44,348 nt of DNA from Candidatus Hydrogenedentota bacterium (GTDB lineage: Bacteria; Hydrogenedentota; Hydrogenedentia; Hydrogenedentales; SLHB01): contig JAWXCN010000049.1 in assembly GCA_034408725.1 (NCBI GenBank), positions 1 to 44,348 on the forward strand, in the 5' to 3' direction. Numbering within the stretch: position 1 is the stretch's first letter; the number at the start of each line of letters is the position of its first letter. The notes beneath the pieces are model-generated. The model saw only the letters and a list, made by a program, of their open reading frames with translations. It did not search any database and was not told the origin of the DNA. Position numbers and translations under genes: made by a program. This document shows positions 28,467 to 39,102 of this stretch, one piece after another.

Positions 28467-29492
28467 CTACACCGGCAGATCGCGCTTACCGCTATCCGCG
28501 GCGTGCTGCGCAAGCAACGCCACGCGGCTGCTCGCAATGATCCGTTCGGTATGCAACCTGTCTTTCGCTGGCGTGTTGGCGATATCCAACAGCCAATCCC
28601 CAATATACGTTGCCCCCTCCACACCTCTCAGCGGTTCCTTGTGTACTTCGATTGCGTCACGCGCGTGCAGCGCCACATGGTCCGCGTGCCACGACGTTTC
28701 CAGCGCGCCCGCGTCCCCATGAACCGTAAACCGCCAATAGAACGGCACGCCATATTTAGCGCCTTCCGGACTTAACCATGAAACGTCCCCGTATGCGGCT
28801 CCCCCATTGTCGAGCGTGAACAAGACAACACCGCCATCCTTGAACTTCCCGCGCTCGGAGGTAGCAGCGTTTTCGCGCGTGGACCAGGTGCGCGCCGCGA
28901 TAACCGCTGCGAACTTCCGGCCCGTTAGCCAAGGTAGCGCATCGATTCCATGCACGGCGATATCGTTGATGGTGCCGCCGTACTTCTGTTCGTCGAACAT
29001 CCACGAGGGCCGCCCTTCGTAGTTCAACGCGTGCGCGCCGTTAAAAGTCACGCTCTGAACCTCGCCGATTGCCCCGGAAACTATCAATGTGCGCGCGGTG
29101 ACAAATGGTGAATGGTAGGGCATCGGCAATTGGCACCCGATTTTGAGGTGCTTGGACTCGCTGGTTTTTTCCATGCGCGCCAACTCGTCGAGCGAAACAC
29201 AAAGAGGTTTGTCGCAAATAACGTGTTTGCCTGCTTCAAGAGCCTGAATCAACCTGGGCCCGCGCATGCCATACCATTCACAGCACGCGACGGCCTCGCA
29301 CGGAACCTCTCGCAGCATCGCTTCGTAGGACGTATGGGTAATTGTAATGCCGCGGCCCGTGGCCGCGTCGCGCGCCGCCGGGTCTTCCTCGCAGGCAGCA
29401 ACAATTTCCACTCCGGGATGTTCTTCCAAATCCCGGTAAAGTGAAAATGCGTGCCCGTGATGAAACCCCACAAACGCAACCGGTAACGGCAT
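28467..29492 (-). CDS. Gfo/Idh/MocA family oxidoreductase
   Basis: VAFVGFHHGH, ALEAGKHVICDKP, GAIGEV, GGTINDIAVHGID. Confidence 0.9.
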   Translation of the reverse strand: MPLPVAFVGFHHGHAFSLYRDLEEHPGVEIVAACEEDPAARDAATGRGITITHTSYEAMLREVPCEAVACCEWYGMRGPRLIQALEAGKHVICDKPLCVSLDELARMEKTSESKHLKIGCQLPMPYHSPFVTARTLIVSGAIGEVQSVTFNGAHALNYEGRPSWMFDEQKYGGTINDIAVHGIDALPWLTGRKFAAVIAARTWSTRENAATSERGKFKDGGVVLFTLDNGGAAYGDVSWLSPEGAKYGVPFYWRFTVHGDAGALETSWHADHVALHARDAIEVHKEPLRGVEGATYIGDWLLDIANTPAKDRLHTERIIASSRVALLAQHAADSGKRDLPV

Positions 29493-29608
29493 GATTTTCT
29501 CCTGCGCAAGATCACCATCGTAAACAGCCCGAATGCGAAACCGGAATAAAGTATATGCTGATGAAGTTGAGAATAGTCCGTTTCTGATTGCATTGGAGGA
29601 GGACCCCT

Positions 29609-30307
29609 ATGATTACCGTGCGTAAAGCCAACGAACGCGGCCATGCCAACCACGGCTGGCTTGACTCGTATCACACGTTTTCCTTCAGCACGTATCAGGA
29701 CCCCAAACACATGGGATTCCGTGCCCTGCGCGTGATCAATGAAGATGTCGTCGCGCCTGGCCGAGGCTTCGGAACCCACCCGCACAAAGACATGGAAATC
29801 ATCACGTATGTTTTGAGCGGGGCGTTGCAGCATAAGGACAGCATGGGCAACGGCCCCGTATTGAAGGCGGGTTCATTGCAGCGCATGTCCGCGGGAACGG
29901 GCGTGACCCATAGCGAGTTTAACGCTTCGAAAGAAGAACCCGTTCACCTGTACCAAATTTGGATTCTTCCAGGCCGAGATAGCGTCGAACCCAGCTACGA
30001 GGAACGCTCGTTTGCGCCGCAGGGAAAACAGGGATATTGGCAGGTGATCGCGTCCGAGGATGCGCGCGATGGATCAATGCAGATCAACCAGGACACCCGC
30101 GTGCATCTGGCGGCGATGCGCGCGGGACAGACTTTGCCGTATAGCCTCGCGCCGGGACGCCACGCATGGATACAGGTCATTCGCGGGTTTGCGCATGTGA
30201 ACGGTGTCGAACTCGAGACTTCGGATGCCGCATCGGTGTCGAACGACGATGCCATTCTTGTGAACGCCGCGACGGATACCGAAGTTATGCTGTTCGATCT
30301 CGGCTAG
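29609..30307 (+). CDS. Pirin family protein (YhhW/quercetinase-like)
   Basis: RGHANHGWLDSYHTFSF, LRVINED, GFGTHPHKDMEI, MSAGTGVTHSE, QIWILP. RBS GGAGGAGG. Confidence 0.93.
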   Translation: MITVRKANERGHANHGWLDSYHTFSFSTYQDPKHMGFRALRVINEDVVAPGRGFGTHPHKDMEIITYVLSGALQHKDSMGNGPVLKAGSLQRMSAGTGVTHSEFNASKEEPVHLYQIWILPGRDSVEPSYEERSFAPQGKQGYWQVIASEDARDGSMQINQDTRVHLAAMRAGQTLPYSLAPGRHAWIQVIRGFAHVNGVELETSDAASVSNDDAILVNAATDTEVMLFDLG

Positions 30308-30313
30308 CGCGCC

Positions 30314-30356
30314 TTGGAGTGCGGTGGCGAAGCGGGTAGCGTAGACACCGCGTTGG
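30314..30356. repeat. Third copy (inverted) of the REP-like unit at 28047/28225
   Basis: TTGGAGTGCGGTGGCGAAGCGGGTAGCGTAGACACCGCGTTGG is the near reverse complement of 28050-28092. Confidence 0.85.
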
Positions 30357-30402
30357 GCCGAATCGCTTACTCTCACCATTCTAAAAACCGCTTTCGCAGC
30401 TT

Positions 30403-30552
30403 CTACCGGATCATCTCAATCGCTTTCGCAATCGCATGCTGGTTCGCTGCGTAGAAATCGCGGATGAATGCGTATGCGTACCACGCCATGCCGGCGGCAA
30501 TCCACGTTGCCGCGGCGGCGTACAGCAATCTCTCAGCTCGCCCGCTCAACAC
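30403..30552 (-). CDS. Small (48-49 aa) single-pass membrane protein, absent from the ORF track
   Basis: (M)LSGRAERLLYAAAATWIAAGMAWYAYAFIRDFYAANQHAIAKAIEMIR*. GGAG upstream; start (GTG 30552 or TTG 30549) overlaps the end of the DUF2304 gene. Confidence 0.6.
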   Translation of the reverse strand: MLSGRAERLLYAAAATWIAAGMAWYAYAFIRDFYAANQHAIAKAIEMIR

Positions 30553-30922
30553 GCTGCTCCAGGCGTTCGACCGTATGCGCCAGCAATGCCAGCTCTTGCG
30601 TCAATTCACGGTTGCGGTCCGCCAACCGCGAAATCACGACGCTAAAACTCATGATCAAACCCAGCGTAAAAACGAAGTACACCGAAAACAGCACCGTCAA
30701 ATATTGAAAATGAAATACGTTTGCGGCGGCAACAATCACCCCGGGGAACGCACCCACCAGCAGACTGAGCCCCGCCGTACCCAGCCACAGGAGCGCGTAC
30801 CGTTCTTTCAGCCAGCCACGGCGCACGAGATCCAGCACCAGCAACATCAGCAACATGCTCAGCGCCAGAATTCCGATGCGGTGTTGCAGTTGAATACCCA
30901 CTTGCTCGTAACCGGTCATCAT
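30533..30922 (-). CDS. DUF2304 family membrane protein
   Basis: LVRRGWLKERYALLW, three TM segments, ISRL..RNRELTQELALL. ATGA overlap with the upstream GT2. Confidence 0.88.
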   Translation of the reverse strand: MMTGYEQVGIQLQHRIGILALSMLLMLLVLDLVRRGWLKERYALLWLGTAGLSLLVGAFPGVIVAAANVFHFQYLTVLFSVYFVFTLGLIMSFSVVISRLADRNRELTQELALLAHTVERLEQRVERAS

Positions 30923-31635
30923 TCCTCTCCTGGAGTTCTCATGAACTTGCGGAACATGTCTATGAAAATGGCGAGCACGACTTTCGCCATATAATAAACC
31001 GCCTGCGGCCATCGTATCGAGGATTCGCCGCCCTGCCGCGCGTGCATCTGCACCGGCACTTCGATGGCGGTCAATCCGGAGCGGTGAAGAATCACCAATA
31101 CTTCCGCTTCGGGATAGTCCTCGGGATAGTGCCTCGCGAGCACGTCCAACGCCCTGCGGTTGATGGCGCGAAACCCGCTTGTCGTATCCGTAATGCCGCC
31201 ACCGATGAAAAAATCCACGATGCGCGACAAAATGGACTTGCCCACGCGCCGGTAAAACGACGGCGTGTATTCCGTGCTGGAGACATAGCGCGAACCGATG
31301 ACCATGTCCGCGCCGCTTTCGGCGAGCCGCTCGACCAACATGGAAATGTTCTCGACCGGGTGCTGTCCATCGGCGTCGCATTGCACGGCCACGTCGTAGC
31401 CCGCGCGCCACGCGTACTTGAAACCCGTCTGCATTGCTCCCCCGATGCCCAGGTTAAGCGGCAAGCGGATAAGTTCGACGCCCGCGCTTCGCACCACCGC
31501 CGCCGTGTTGTCTCGCGAGCCGTCGTCCACGACAAGCACGTCATAACCGGGCGCATGCGCTTTCAGTGAATGTAACACCGCGCCAATCGTCTCCTGCTCG
31601 TTGTACGCGGGAATGATGACCAGCACGCGCGGCAT
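30919..31635 (-). CDS. Glycosyltransferase family 2 (DPM1-like)
   Basis: IIPAYNE, VVDDGSRD, NLGIGGAMQTG, QCDADGQH, VIGSR, DTTSGFRA, DYPE, RQGGESS. Confidence 0.92.
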   Translation of the reverse strand: MPRVLVIIPAYNEQETIGAVLHSLKAHAPGYDVLVVDDGSRDNTAAVVRSAGVELIRLPLNLGIGGAMQTGFKYAWRAGYDVAVQCDADGQHPVENISMLVERLAESGADMVIGSRYVSSTEYTPSFYRRVGKSILSRIVDFFIGGGITDTTSGFRAINRRALDVLARHYPEDYPEAEVLVILHRSGLTAIEVPVQMHARQGGESSIRWPQAVYYMAKVVLAIFIDMFRKFMRTPGEE

Positions 31636-32612
31636 TATGCGGTGACCCTGCGCAGAATAAGAAAATGCCACACGCCGCGCGCTATCCCGATTCCACGGGC
31701 GAAATCGCGGAGCCACAAGGTCCACGCGGAATAGAGCAGCGGCATCGAATTATCGGCGCGGGTAATCTGCCAGGCGGTATTCACGCGATAGAAAAACAAC
31801 AGAAGAAGTCCGCCCGCGCACGCGATGAGCAATGGCAGGTTTAGAAACAGCATTAATATGAGCGCGTTCGCAACCAAAACGATCGCAACCACAGGCAACC
31901 ACAATTCCAATCCGCCCGCATATCGATCTCCGCTTTTGCGTCCCGGATGCTTCGCATAGAGTTTCGCGCGCCAAAAACCGTGGCGCGCCTGCGTCACGAG
32001 ATACGGCCTCAATCGCACGGGATGATAATGGTCAACTATTGCCTCGCGTACAAACCGGATTCCGCGTCCCGAATCCAATAAACGGTAACAAAGATCATTG
32101 TCTTCCGCGGAGGCTGACCGGAAGTCCTCATCGAATCCGTTCAGTTCGAGAAACGCTTCGCGTTCGACGGCCATGTTATAAGAGCCGGCAAAGTCGACTT
32201 GATCCCCATATCGCGCGTGGCGAAGCTGTATCTCCGCGTGGATAAGCCGTGCCAACGCGCTGTGGGGATTCGCAATCCCGTACGTCCCGCCCACGGCCCG
32301 AATGTCCCCCGTGAACCCGGCGATCAACCGTTCAATCCAATCGCCGTGCGCTATGCAGTCTGAATCGGTAAAAGCGACGACTACCCCTGTCGCTGCATTT
32401 GCTCCAGTATTGCGCGCCGCTGCCGGTCCGCGCCGTGCTTGCCGCACCAGCGTAACTGGAAATGCTTGCGCTACCCCGGCGGTGTTGTCCGTCGATCCGT
32501 CATCCACAACGATGATTTCGCAATCGGGATAGGTTTGTTTGAGGCATGCTGTCAGGCATTCGCCGAGCGTGGCGGCGGAATTGTGGGCGGGTATGACAAT
32601 GGAGACTTTCAC
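31635..32612 (-). CDS. Glycosyltransferase family 2 with C-terminal TM segments
   Basis: VSIVIPAHN, VVDDGSTD, GPAAARNTG, FTDSDC, GFDEDF..EDNDL. Confidence 0.9.
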   Translation of the reverse strand: MKVSIVIPAHNSAATLGECLTACLKQTYPDCEIIVVDDGSTDNTAGVAQAFPVTLVRQARRGPAAARNTGANAATGVVVAFTDSDCIAHGDWIERLIAGFTGDIRAVGGTYGIANPHSALARLIHAEIQLRHARYGDQVDFAGSYNMAVEREAFLELNGFDEDFRSASAEDNDLCYRLLDSGRGIRFVREAIVDHYHPVRLRPYLVTQARHGFWRAKLYAKHPGRKSGDRYAGGLELWLPVVAIVLVANALILMLFLNLPLLIACAGGLLLLFFYRVNTAWQITRADNSMPLLYSAWTLWLRDFARGIGIARGVWHFLILRRVTA

Positions 32613-32692
32613 CTTTAGTCCACGGCCCCCTGTCTAATCGGTACGGCTAAAGGAACTGCGTGGCGGATAAGTGTTTGCCGCACGAATGCGTA

Positions 32693-33730
<1,038 letters not shown>

Positions 33731-33853
33731 TCACCCCTTGCCGAGGCCCCAGATTTCGCTCAGGAAGGCGCTATGGTAAGTATTTGGGGCACAGTTATCA
33801 AACGCTTTGGAGTGGACGACGTGTCATCGCGCGTATGGCACACGGAGAAACTC

Positions 33854-33883
33854 TTGACAAATATCAGCACGTTCGGGGATACT
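33854..33883 (+). promoter_or_regulatory. Putative sigma70 promoter of the UDP-GlcA decarboxylase gene
   Basis: TTGACA 33854-33859, 18 nt, GATACT 33878-33883. Confidence 0.5.
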
Positions 33884-33991
33884 GCTGCGCCTCGGCGGCT
33901 GGGGACTGTGTCGCCGGGTTCTGATCCATCGGACCTTGCTTTCCGGCCACGCGCGTTGTGGCCGATTTGTGTTTCTGGACGGAAGGAGGGT

Positions 33992-34939
33992 TTGACCATT
34001 CGTTATGTGAATCTGATTACGGGCGGCGCGGGTTTTATTGGCTCGCATCTTTGCGAGCGCCTGCTGGACCGCGGCGAAGAGGTGCTCTGCCTCGACAATT
34101 TTTTCACCGGAAACAAAAACAATATCGAGCATCTTCTCCAACATCCCCGCTTCGAACTCATCCGGCACGACGTCATTGAGCCGATCCTCCTGGAGGTTGA
34201 TCGCGTCTATAACATGGCGTGTCCGGCGTCGCCCGTGCATTACCAGTACAATCCAATCAAAACCGTGAAGACGAATGTCATGGGCGCGATGAACATGCTC
34301 GGTCTTGCGCGCCGCGTAAAGGCGCGCATATTGCAGGCGTCAACCTCGGAAGTTTACGGCGATCCCCATGTGCATCCCCAGGTCGAGTCGTATTGGGGCA
34401 ACGTGAACACGATTGGCATCCGCAGTTGCTACGACGAGGGCAAGCGCGTCGCGGAAACGCTGTTTTTTGACTACCACCGGCAAAACGCCGTGGACATTCG
34501 TGTCGCGCGCATCTTCAACACCTACGGTCCGCGCATGTCGCCGGACGATGGCCGCGTGGTGAGCAATTTCATTGTGCAGGCCTTGCGTGGCGATCCAATT
34601 ACCATCTATGGCGAAGGCAAGCAGACGCGCAGCTTTTGCTATGTCGACGATCTTGCGACAGGCCTCATTGCCCTGATGGATAACGATGATTTCATCGGTC
34701 CAGTAAACCTCGGCAATCCGGGCGAATTCACCATCGCGGAATTGGCCAATGAAGTGCTCTCGATGACAGGCAGCAGATCGAAGATCGATTATCGCCCGCT
34801 TCCGCAAGATGACCCCGTGCGCAGGCAACCGGACATTTCCCTGGCGAAAGACAAGCTCAATTGGCAGCCAACCATCGCGCTCAAGGATGGGCTGCGCAAG
34901 ACGATAGACTATTTCGATCGGTTGCTTAAGCAGGGGTAA
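33992..34939 (+). CDS. UDP-glucuronate decarboxylase (UDP-xylose synthase, extended SDR)
   Basis: [66 protein letters not shown]. Exact start (33992, 33998 or 34007) uncertain. Confidence 0.92.
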   Translation: MTIRYVNLITGGAGFIGSHLCERLLDRGEEVLCLDNFFTGNKNNIEHLLQHPRFELIRHDVIEPILLEVDRVYNMACPASPVHYQYNPIKTVKTNVMGAMNMLGLARRVKARILQASTSEVYGDPHVHPQVESYWGNVNTIGIRSCYDEGKRVAETLFFDYHRQNAVDIRVARIFNTYGPRMSPDDGRVVSNFIVQALRGDPITIYGEGKQTRSFCYVDDLATGLIALMDNDDFIGPVNLGNPGEFTIAELANEVLSMTGSRSKIDYRPLPQDDPVRRQPDISLAKDKLNWQPTIALKDGLRKTIDYFDRLLKQG

Positions 34940-34963
34940 AAAGCGCTGGCTGCAAAATTGGAA

Positions 34964-35314
34964 TCAGCGCCGCCGCGGTCCGCGCCGGCGTTGATGCGGC
35001 CGTTTTCTTCGCGAGGTATTTTTTCCCGCGTCTTCGGCGGATTCGATCTGCCCAGGCGGGGTGGCTGGCGCCAATCTCGCGTTCGCGTCAGTTGAAGCGA
35101 CAAGGCTCTCACAACGGGGGCACTTGGAAAGTTCGCTGCTGGATTCATCAAGGTACGTGTACCCGCAAAACGTGCAGCGCCACAGAAACTGTTGGCCAAG
35201 GTACCGATGTGGTCGACGGACCGTGAGTTCCGTGTACACCCAGATAACCAACGCAATGACCGCGATCACCCCTGTGTATAACAGAAGCGCCCACTTGAGT
35301 TCGAGCGGGATCAC
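34964..35314 (-). CDS. Small membrane-anchored zinc-ribbon protein with Arg-rich tail
   Basis: N-terminal TM, CTFC..CPRC, C-terminal RRKRPHQRRRGPRRR. GTGA overlap with the upstream gene. Confidence 0.75.
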   Translation of the reverse strand: MIPLELKWALLLYTGVIAVIALVIWVYTELTVRRPHRYLGQQFLWRCTFCGYTYLDESSSELSKCPRCESLVASTDANARLAPATPPGQIESAEDAGKNTSRRKRPHQRRRGPRRR

Positions 35315-36138
35315 CGGCCGCGCTCCGGCGCGATCACCAGTGTGCCGTATTGGTCGCGCAAAACTTCAGTGGTAAGTGGCGCGAACTGAAAATTCTCCAG
35401 CGCCGCCCCCACTTCGGCGGTTACTTCTCCTTCGTCCGAGGGCGGCGCAAGAACGAGTACGACTTTACCTTCAGCATTCACCTTGAAAGGCACCGCGATG
35501 GGTTCGCGCATCGTGCGAGGGTCAATGCGCCACAGTGACGCAATCGGCGCGGAAAACATTAATTCGCGATCATTGGGTTCCCCAACCCACTCGACATACA
35601 TCGCAAGTCCTTCCGCGGGACGTGCTATGGGTTCGCGTTCGTTTTTTTCTGCTTCGCCGGGAACAATCGACTCGAACGGACTAAACTCGCGCAACCGGTC
35701 GTCCAGTTTTCCGATGCCCGATAGAAAGCGCCCCCACGCGTCCTGCCCGCGGTCCGCTTCAAACTCGGAGCGAATACGCAAACTGGATACAATCATTTCT
35801 GATCGCTCCAGTTGCGCCATATCGAGCGACGGAAGGGCAATGTCCGGCAACAGGGTTGCAAGTTCAGGCGGCGCATTCAGACTGAGATCAGGCCCAGGCA
35901 GAACGGACTCGGCGCTTCCCGTTCCGTTGCGTAGAACATCATCGAACGAGGGCATGCGAAGGTCTTCAAGCGGTCTGCGGATGACCGATTCGTGCGTTAC
36001 GGGATCAACAATATCGAATTCGTAGTATTGGGGTCGCTTCACGGGAATGAGCACGTAGATCGAGAACAACGTGATCATCGAAAGATGGATCACGACAGAC
36101 GCGCTCAGCGTAGTGACAAAAATCCGATCACGCGCCAT
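35311..36138 (-). CDS. TonB/TolA-like membrane-anchored energy transducer (divergent)
   Basis: TM with SVVIH (SHLS-face) motif; C-terminal VPFKVNAEGKVV..AALENFQFAP TonB-C-like pattern; follows exbB/exbD. Confidence 0.6.
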   Translation of the reverse strand: MARDRIFVTTLSASVVIHLSMITLFSIYVLIPVKRPQYYEFDIVDPVTHESVIRRPLEDLRMPSFDDVLRNGTGSAESVLPGPDLSLNAPPELATLLPDIALPSLDMAQLERSEMIVSSLRIRSEFEADRGQDAWGRFLSGIGKLDDRLREFSPFESIVPGEAEKNEREPIARPAEGLAMYVEWVGEPNDRELMFSAPIASLWRIDPRTMREPIAVPFKVNAEGKVVLVLAPPSDEGEVTAEVGAALENFQFAPLTTEVLRDQYGTLVIAPERGR

Positions 36139-36147
36139 GACCGCGCC

Positions 36148-36594
36148 TTACTCCGCCGTCTCCGGCGGTTGAGCGGCAATGGCGTAGTGTTTCACGCCGA
36201 CCTGCGACGCGATTCCAAGCACGCGCACCAACCTGCCGGTTTCAATGCGCGCATCCGGTCGCACGAGGATTAGCGAATTGGGTTGCTCACTCATCTCACG
36301 CGCCAACCGCTCCGAAAGCGCGTCCCAGGTCATCATTTCCTCAGTGTCCACATAGATTCGGCCCAACCCGTCTGGGCCACCTTCGCCGAATAGAAGTGTG
36401 ACGGAAAGGTCCTTGGCTTCGAGCTGGCGCGTCCCCTCGGCTTCCGGCGTCTGAATCTGGATCGAGCTTTGGACCACGAAGGTCGATGACAACATGAAGA
36501 AAATGATGAGATTGAACACCACATCGATGATCGGCGTGAGATCAAGGACGGCCTTGACGCGGTGCTTTTCAGCCCCTGGCGCGCGAAAGTTCAT
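36148..36594 (-). CDS. exbD: ExbD/TolR family protein
   Basis: LTPIIDVVFNLIIFFM with the conserved TM Asp; LVRPD..GRLVRVL..GV. Confidence 0.9.
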   Translation of the reverse strand: MNFRAPGAEKHRVKAVLDLTPIIDVVFNLIIFFMLSSTFVVQSSIQIQTPEAEGTRQLEAKDLSVTLLFGEGGPDGLGRIYVDTEEMMTWDALSERLAREMSEQPNSLILVRPDARIETGRLVRVLGIASQVGVKHYAIAAQPPETAE

Positions 36595-36606
36595 GACCGT
36601 TCCCCA

Positions 36607-37248
36607 TCACCGCTCGGGCAATTCGTGTACGAGCAGTTCGAGCATTTCCGATGAGCTGATTTCCATTTCCAGCACGAGCGTCTGTACCACCGAGACAAGG
36701 TAATTGTAGGCCACCAGCGCCGGAATCGCCACTGTGAGACCCGCCCCCGTCGTGATGAGGGCGTTCCCGATGCCTTCGGCGAGATCGGAGGGATTGACCT
36801 GGCCCGCCTTGTGCTCAATTTCCACAAAGCATTTGATCATGCCCTGCACCGTACCCAGCAATCCGAGCATCGGCGCCACCGTCGTACACGTCGCGAGTGC
36901 GCCGAGATATCGTTCAAGGCGCGGAACTTCGAGCCGGCCCGCGTCTTCGATGGCCTCGCGAATGTCCGCCTTGCTGCGATTGTGTTTGAGCAGGCCCGCT
37001 TTAAGGATTCGGCCGAGAGATGTATCCGCTTCGTCACAAAGCGTGATGGCCTCCTGCACGCGGCCTTGGCGCAATACCTCGCGCACGGCGTCCATCAACT
37101 CGCGCATGCCTTTGCGCGCGCGGTTCAGACGGTAGAAGCGTTCCAACGTAATCGCAAGAGCAAGCACCGAACAGGCCATGATCGGCCACATCAGTATTCC
37201 GCCCTGCTGGATGAACTTCATCAGGTCATAGGCTTCAAACTCGTTCAC
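36607..37248 (-). CDS. exbB: MotA/TolQ/ExbB proton channel protein
   Basis: GGILMWPI, APMLGLLGTVQGMI, GIGNALITTGAGLTVAIPA. GTG start at 37248 after GAGGA. Confidence 0.92.
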   Translation of the reverse strand: MNEFEAYDLMKFIQQGGILMWPIMACSVLALAITLERFYRLNRARKGMRELMDAVREVLRQGRVQEAITLCDEADTSLGRILKAGLLKHNRSKADIREAIEDAGRLEVPRLERYLGALATCTTVAPMLGLLGTVQGMIKCFVEIEHKAGQVNPSDLAEGIGNALITTGAGLTVAIPALVAYNYLVSVVQTLVLEMEISSSEMLELLVHELPER

Positions 37249-37366
37249 GGTCAATCCTCATTGGATTTCTCAAGGCCGCTCTTCCACAAATCCTTGCCAC
37301 ATACCAACAGTTAACCCATAGCGCGCGGGGAAGCGCGCCCTCCCACTTCGTAACCGACCGGACATA

Positions 37367-37813
37367 TTAAACAGCCTCCGCCGCTCGCGCGGCAAAATTC
37401 TTCTCGCTCTCATACGTAAGCAGACGCTGCGCATCCGCGAGATCTTGCGCCCACCGCACGCTAAACAGCGCTTCCTCAGAATCGGGATTCACGTCTGGTC
37501 CGCGCCATTCCGCAGACGTCAACCGCATGAGAAAAAAATGCTCGTCCCGAACATACTCTTTGCCCTTGTGCGAATATTCACTGCGAGACCATCCCAAATC
37601 AGCCGTAATTTTCAGGCAACAATACCCCGATTCCTCGCAGGTTTCGCGTATCGCCGCCTGCTCGTCGCTTTCTCCCTCGTCGATGTGGCCTTTCGGCAAC
37701 CGGACTTCGTGTACCGCCGCGCCATCACGGACCACGTCGCGCACCAGCAACAGGACTTTTCTCCGTTCATCCAACACCACGCCGCCCGCGGCACGGTACT
37801 GTTTGGTTTTCAC
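37367..37813 (-). CDS. NUDIX hydrolase
   Basis: AAGGVV and Nudix box LPKGHIDEGESDEQAAIRETCEESG. GTGA overlap with the upstream gene. Confidence 0.9.
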   Translation of the reverse strand: MKTKQYRAAGGVVLDERRKVLLLVRDVVRDGAAVHEVRLPKGHIDEGESDEQAAIRETCEESGYCCLKITADLGWSRSEYSHKGKEYVRDEHFFLMRLTSAEWRGPDVNPDSEEALFSVRWAQDLADAQRLLTYESEKNFAARAAEAV

Positions 37814-39033
37814 TGCGCGATCGCCTTGGTTGTGTTCGCGTCCTGCAGTGCTTTCGGAATCGTGGCAATACACACGTCGGCGCTGCCCTGCTTGTGCGAG
37901 GTAAAAATCACCTGCTCACCTTTACGGTCCCAGCCCACGTGCGGATGATCGCCGCTGCCATAGTTGCGATGGCCCGGCGTCAATGGAATCGGGCGCGCGT
38001 TTTTGCCTTCAATCACCGTAATGTCACCGTGCCAGTTGTCCGCGGCGACCCACCGTCCATCCGGACTGCCGGAGCAATGCCAATAGTTTTGTTTGGCTAC
38101 TTCCTCATCCGATCCCGATGGCCACCAACTGCCCGCGGCGAGAATCCGAGTCTCGCCGGTCTTTGCGTCCACAACTTTCACATGCGAGTCTTCGGATGGC
38201 TGCGGATGGGCGCCGCTGCAAAAAACGATCTGATCATTAACCCACCAGTGCTCGTGCGTCACCAGTTCATCCCGGAGTTGGTCATAGGGCGAGGTGACTT
38301 CGCCAGTGTCCGTATTCACCACATTGATCCGAGGATACACCGCCGCAAAACTCAAAAGATTCGCGCTGGTCTGGCTCCATTGCACGTGGTTCATGAATTG
38401 CGGGGGCGACGGAACGCGACAGGCTTCTTTGATGTCGCCTGTCGCCTGATCAATTACAAGCACGACAGGATTGCTTCCCGCGGGCGAGCCTTCGCGTCCG
38501 ATGGCCAACTTCGTACCGTCACAGTTTTCGTTCAGCGACGTTGATCCTGTACACGGCGGCAAAGTGGTGATTACGCGCTCTATGACGGACGCGGTGGAAC
38601 GTTTCCGTTTGGGGTTTTTCGCCAACTTTACTTCGATGGTCAGTTCCAACACGTCGTTGCCGCGCATCGCGAATATACTGTTTTTCTTTAACGCCGCGGT
38701 TGCGGCGCCTACCTCGCCAGACGGACTTGTCACATGAAATAGTTCGCCCGTCGCCAAGAGGCAACCCATCAGCCCTCTTGGCGCGCGATCAGAATAGTAA
38801 AGGACAAAGGAGCCATCCATCGACCAGGACCGTTCATGAAAATACAGGTTTGTGTCCGCGGCGGCATTGGTAGTGATATAGGTCAAAACGGCGCCGGTAA
38901 CCGGGTCTTCTTCAACCTTGGTTTCGGATGGTACGACCGTGAGCGGATAACGTGTCTCGCCATGGGCGATTGATATAAACGACAGGAACATGGCGCCGCA
39001 AATCAACGCACGCCCGGCATACGAATAAAACAT
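37810..39033 (-). CDS. Secreted beta-propeller protein, oligogalacturonate lyase-like
   Basis: Signal peptide; DPVTGAVLTYIT..LYFHERSW..DG; NHVQWS, THEHW, WHCSGSPDGRWVAAD, HPHVGWDRKGEQVIFTS. Confidence 0.72.
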   Translation of the reverse strand: MFYSYAGRALICGAMFLSFISIAHGETRYPLTVVPSETKVEEDPVTGAVLTYITTNAAADTNLYFHERSWSMDGSFVLYYSDRAPRGLMGCLLATGELFHVTSPSGEVGAATAALKKNSIFAMRGNDVLELTIEVKLAKNPKRKRSTASVIERVITTLPPCTGSTSLNENCDGTKLAIGREGSPAGSNPVVLVIDQATGDIKEACRVPSPPQFMNHVQWSQTSANLLSFAAVYPRINVVNTDTGEVTSPYDQLRDELVTHEHWWVNDQIVFCSGAHPQPSEDSHVKVVDAKTGETRILAAGSWWPSGSDEEVAKQNYWHCSGSPDGRWVAADNWHGDITVIEGKNARPIPLTPGHRNYGSGDHPHVGWDRKGEQVIFTSHKQGSADVCIATIPKALQDANTTKAIAQ

Positions 39034-39102
39034 GGGTTCCTCCAGAAAATAAGTAGCGGCGCGTTTCCGCGCCGGACGTGACGTGCAGAAGCCTTGCAAA
39101 AT

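Noticed and set aside
30923-31411. N-terminal extension of the 292-aa ORF 30533-31411
   Set aside because: Overlaps the GT2 gene out of frame; the DUF2304 protein starts at 30922.
36148-37248. Flagellar stator MotA/MotB, given the nearby flagellar genes
   Set aside because: The partner lacks an OmpA-like peptidoglycan-binding domain and matches the ExbD/TolR pattern.
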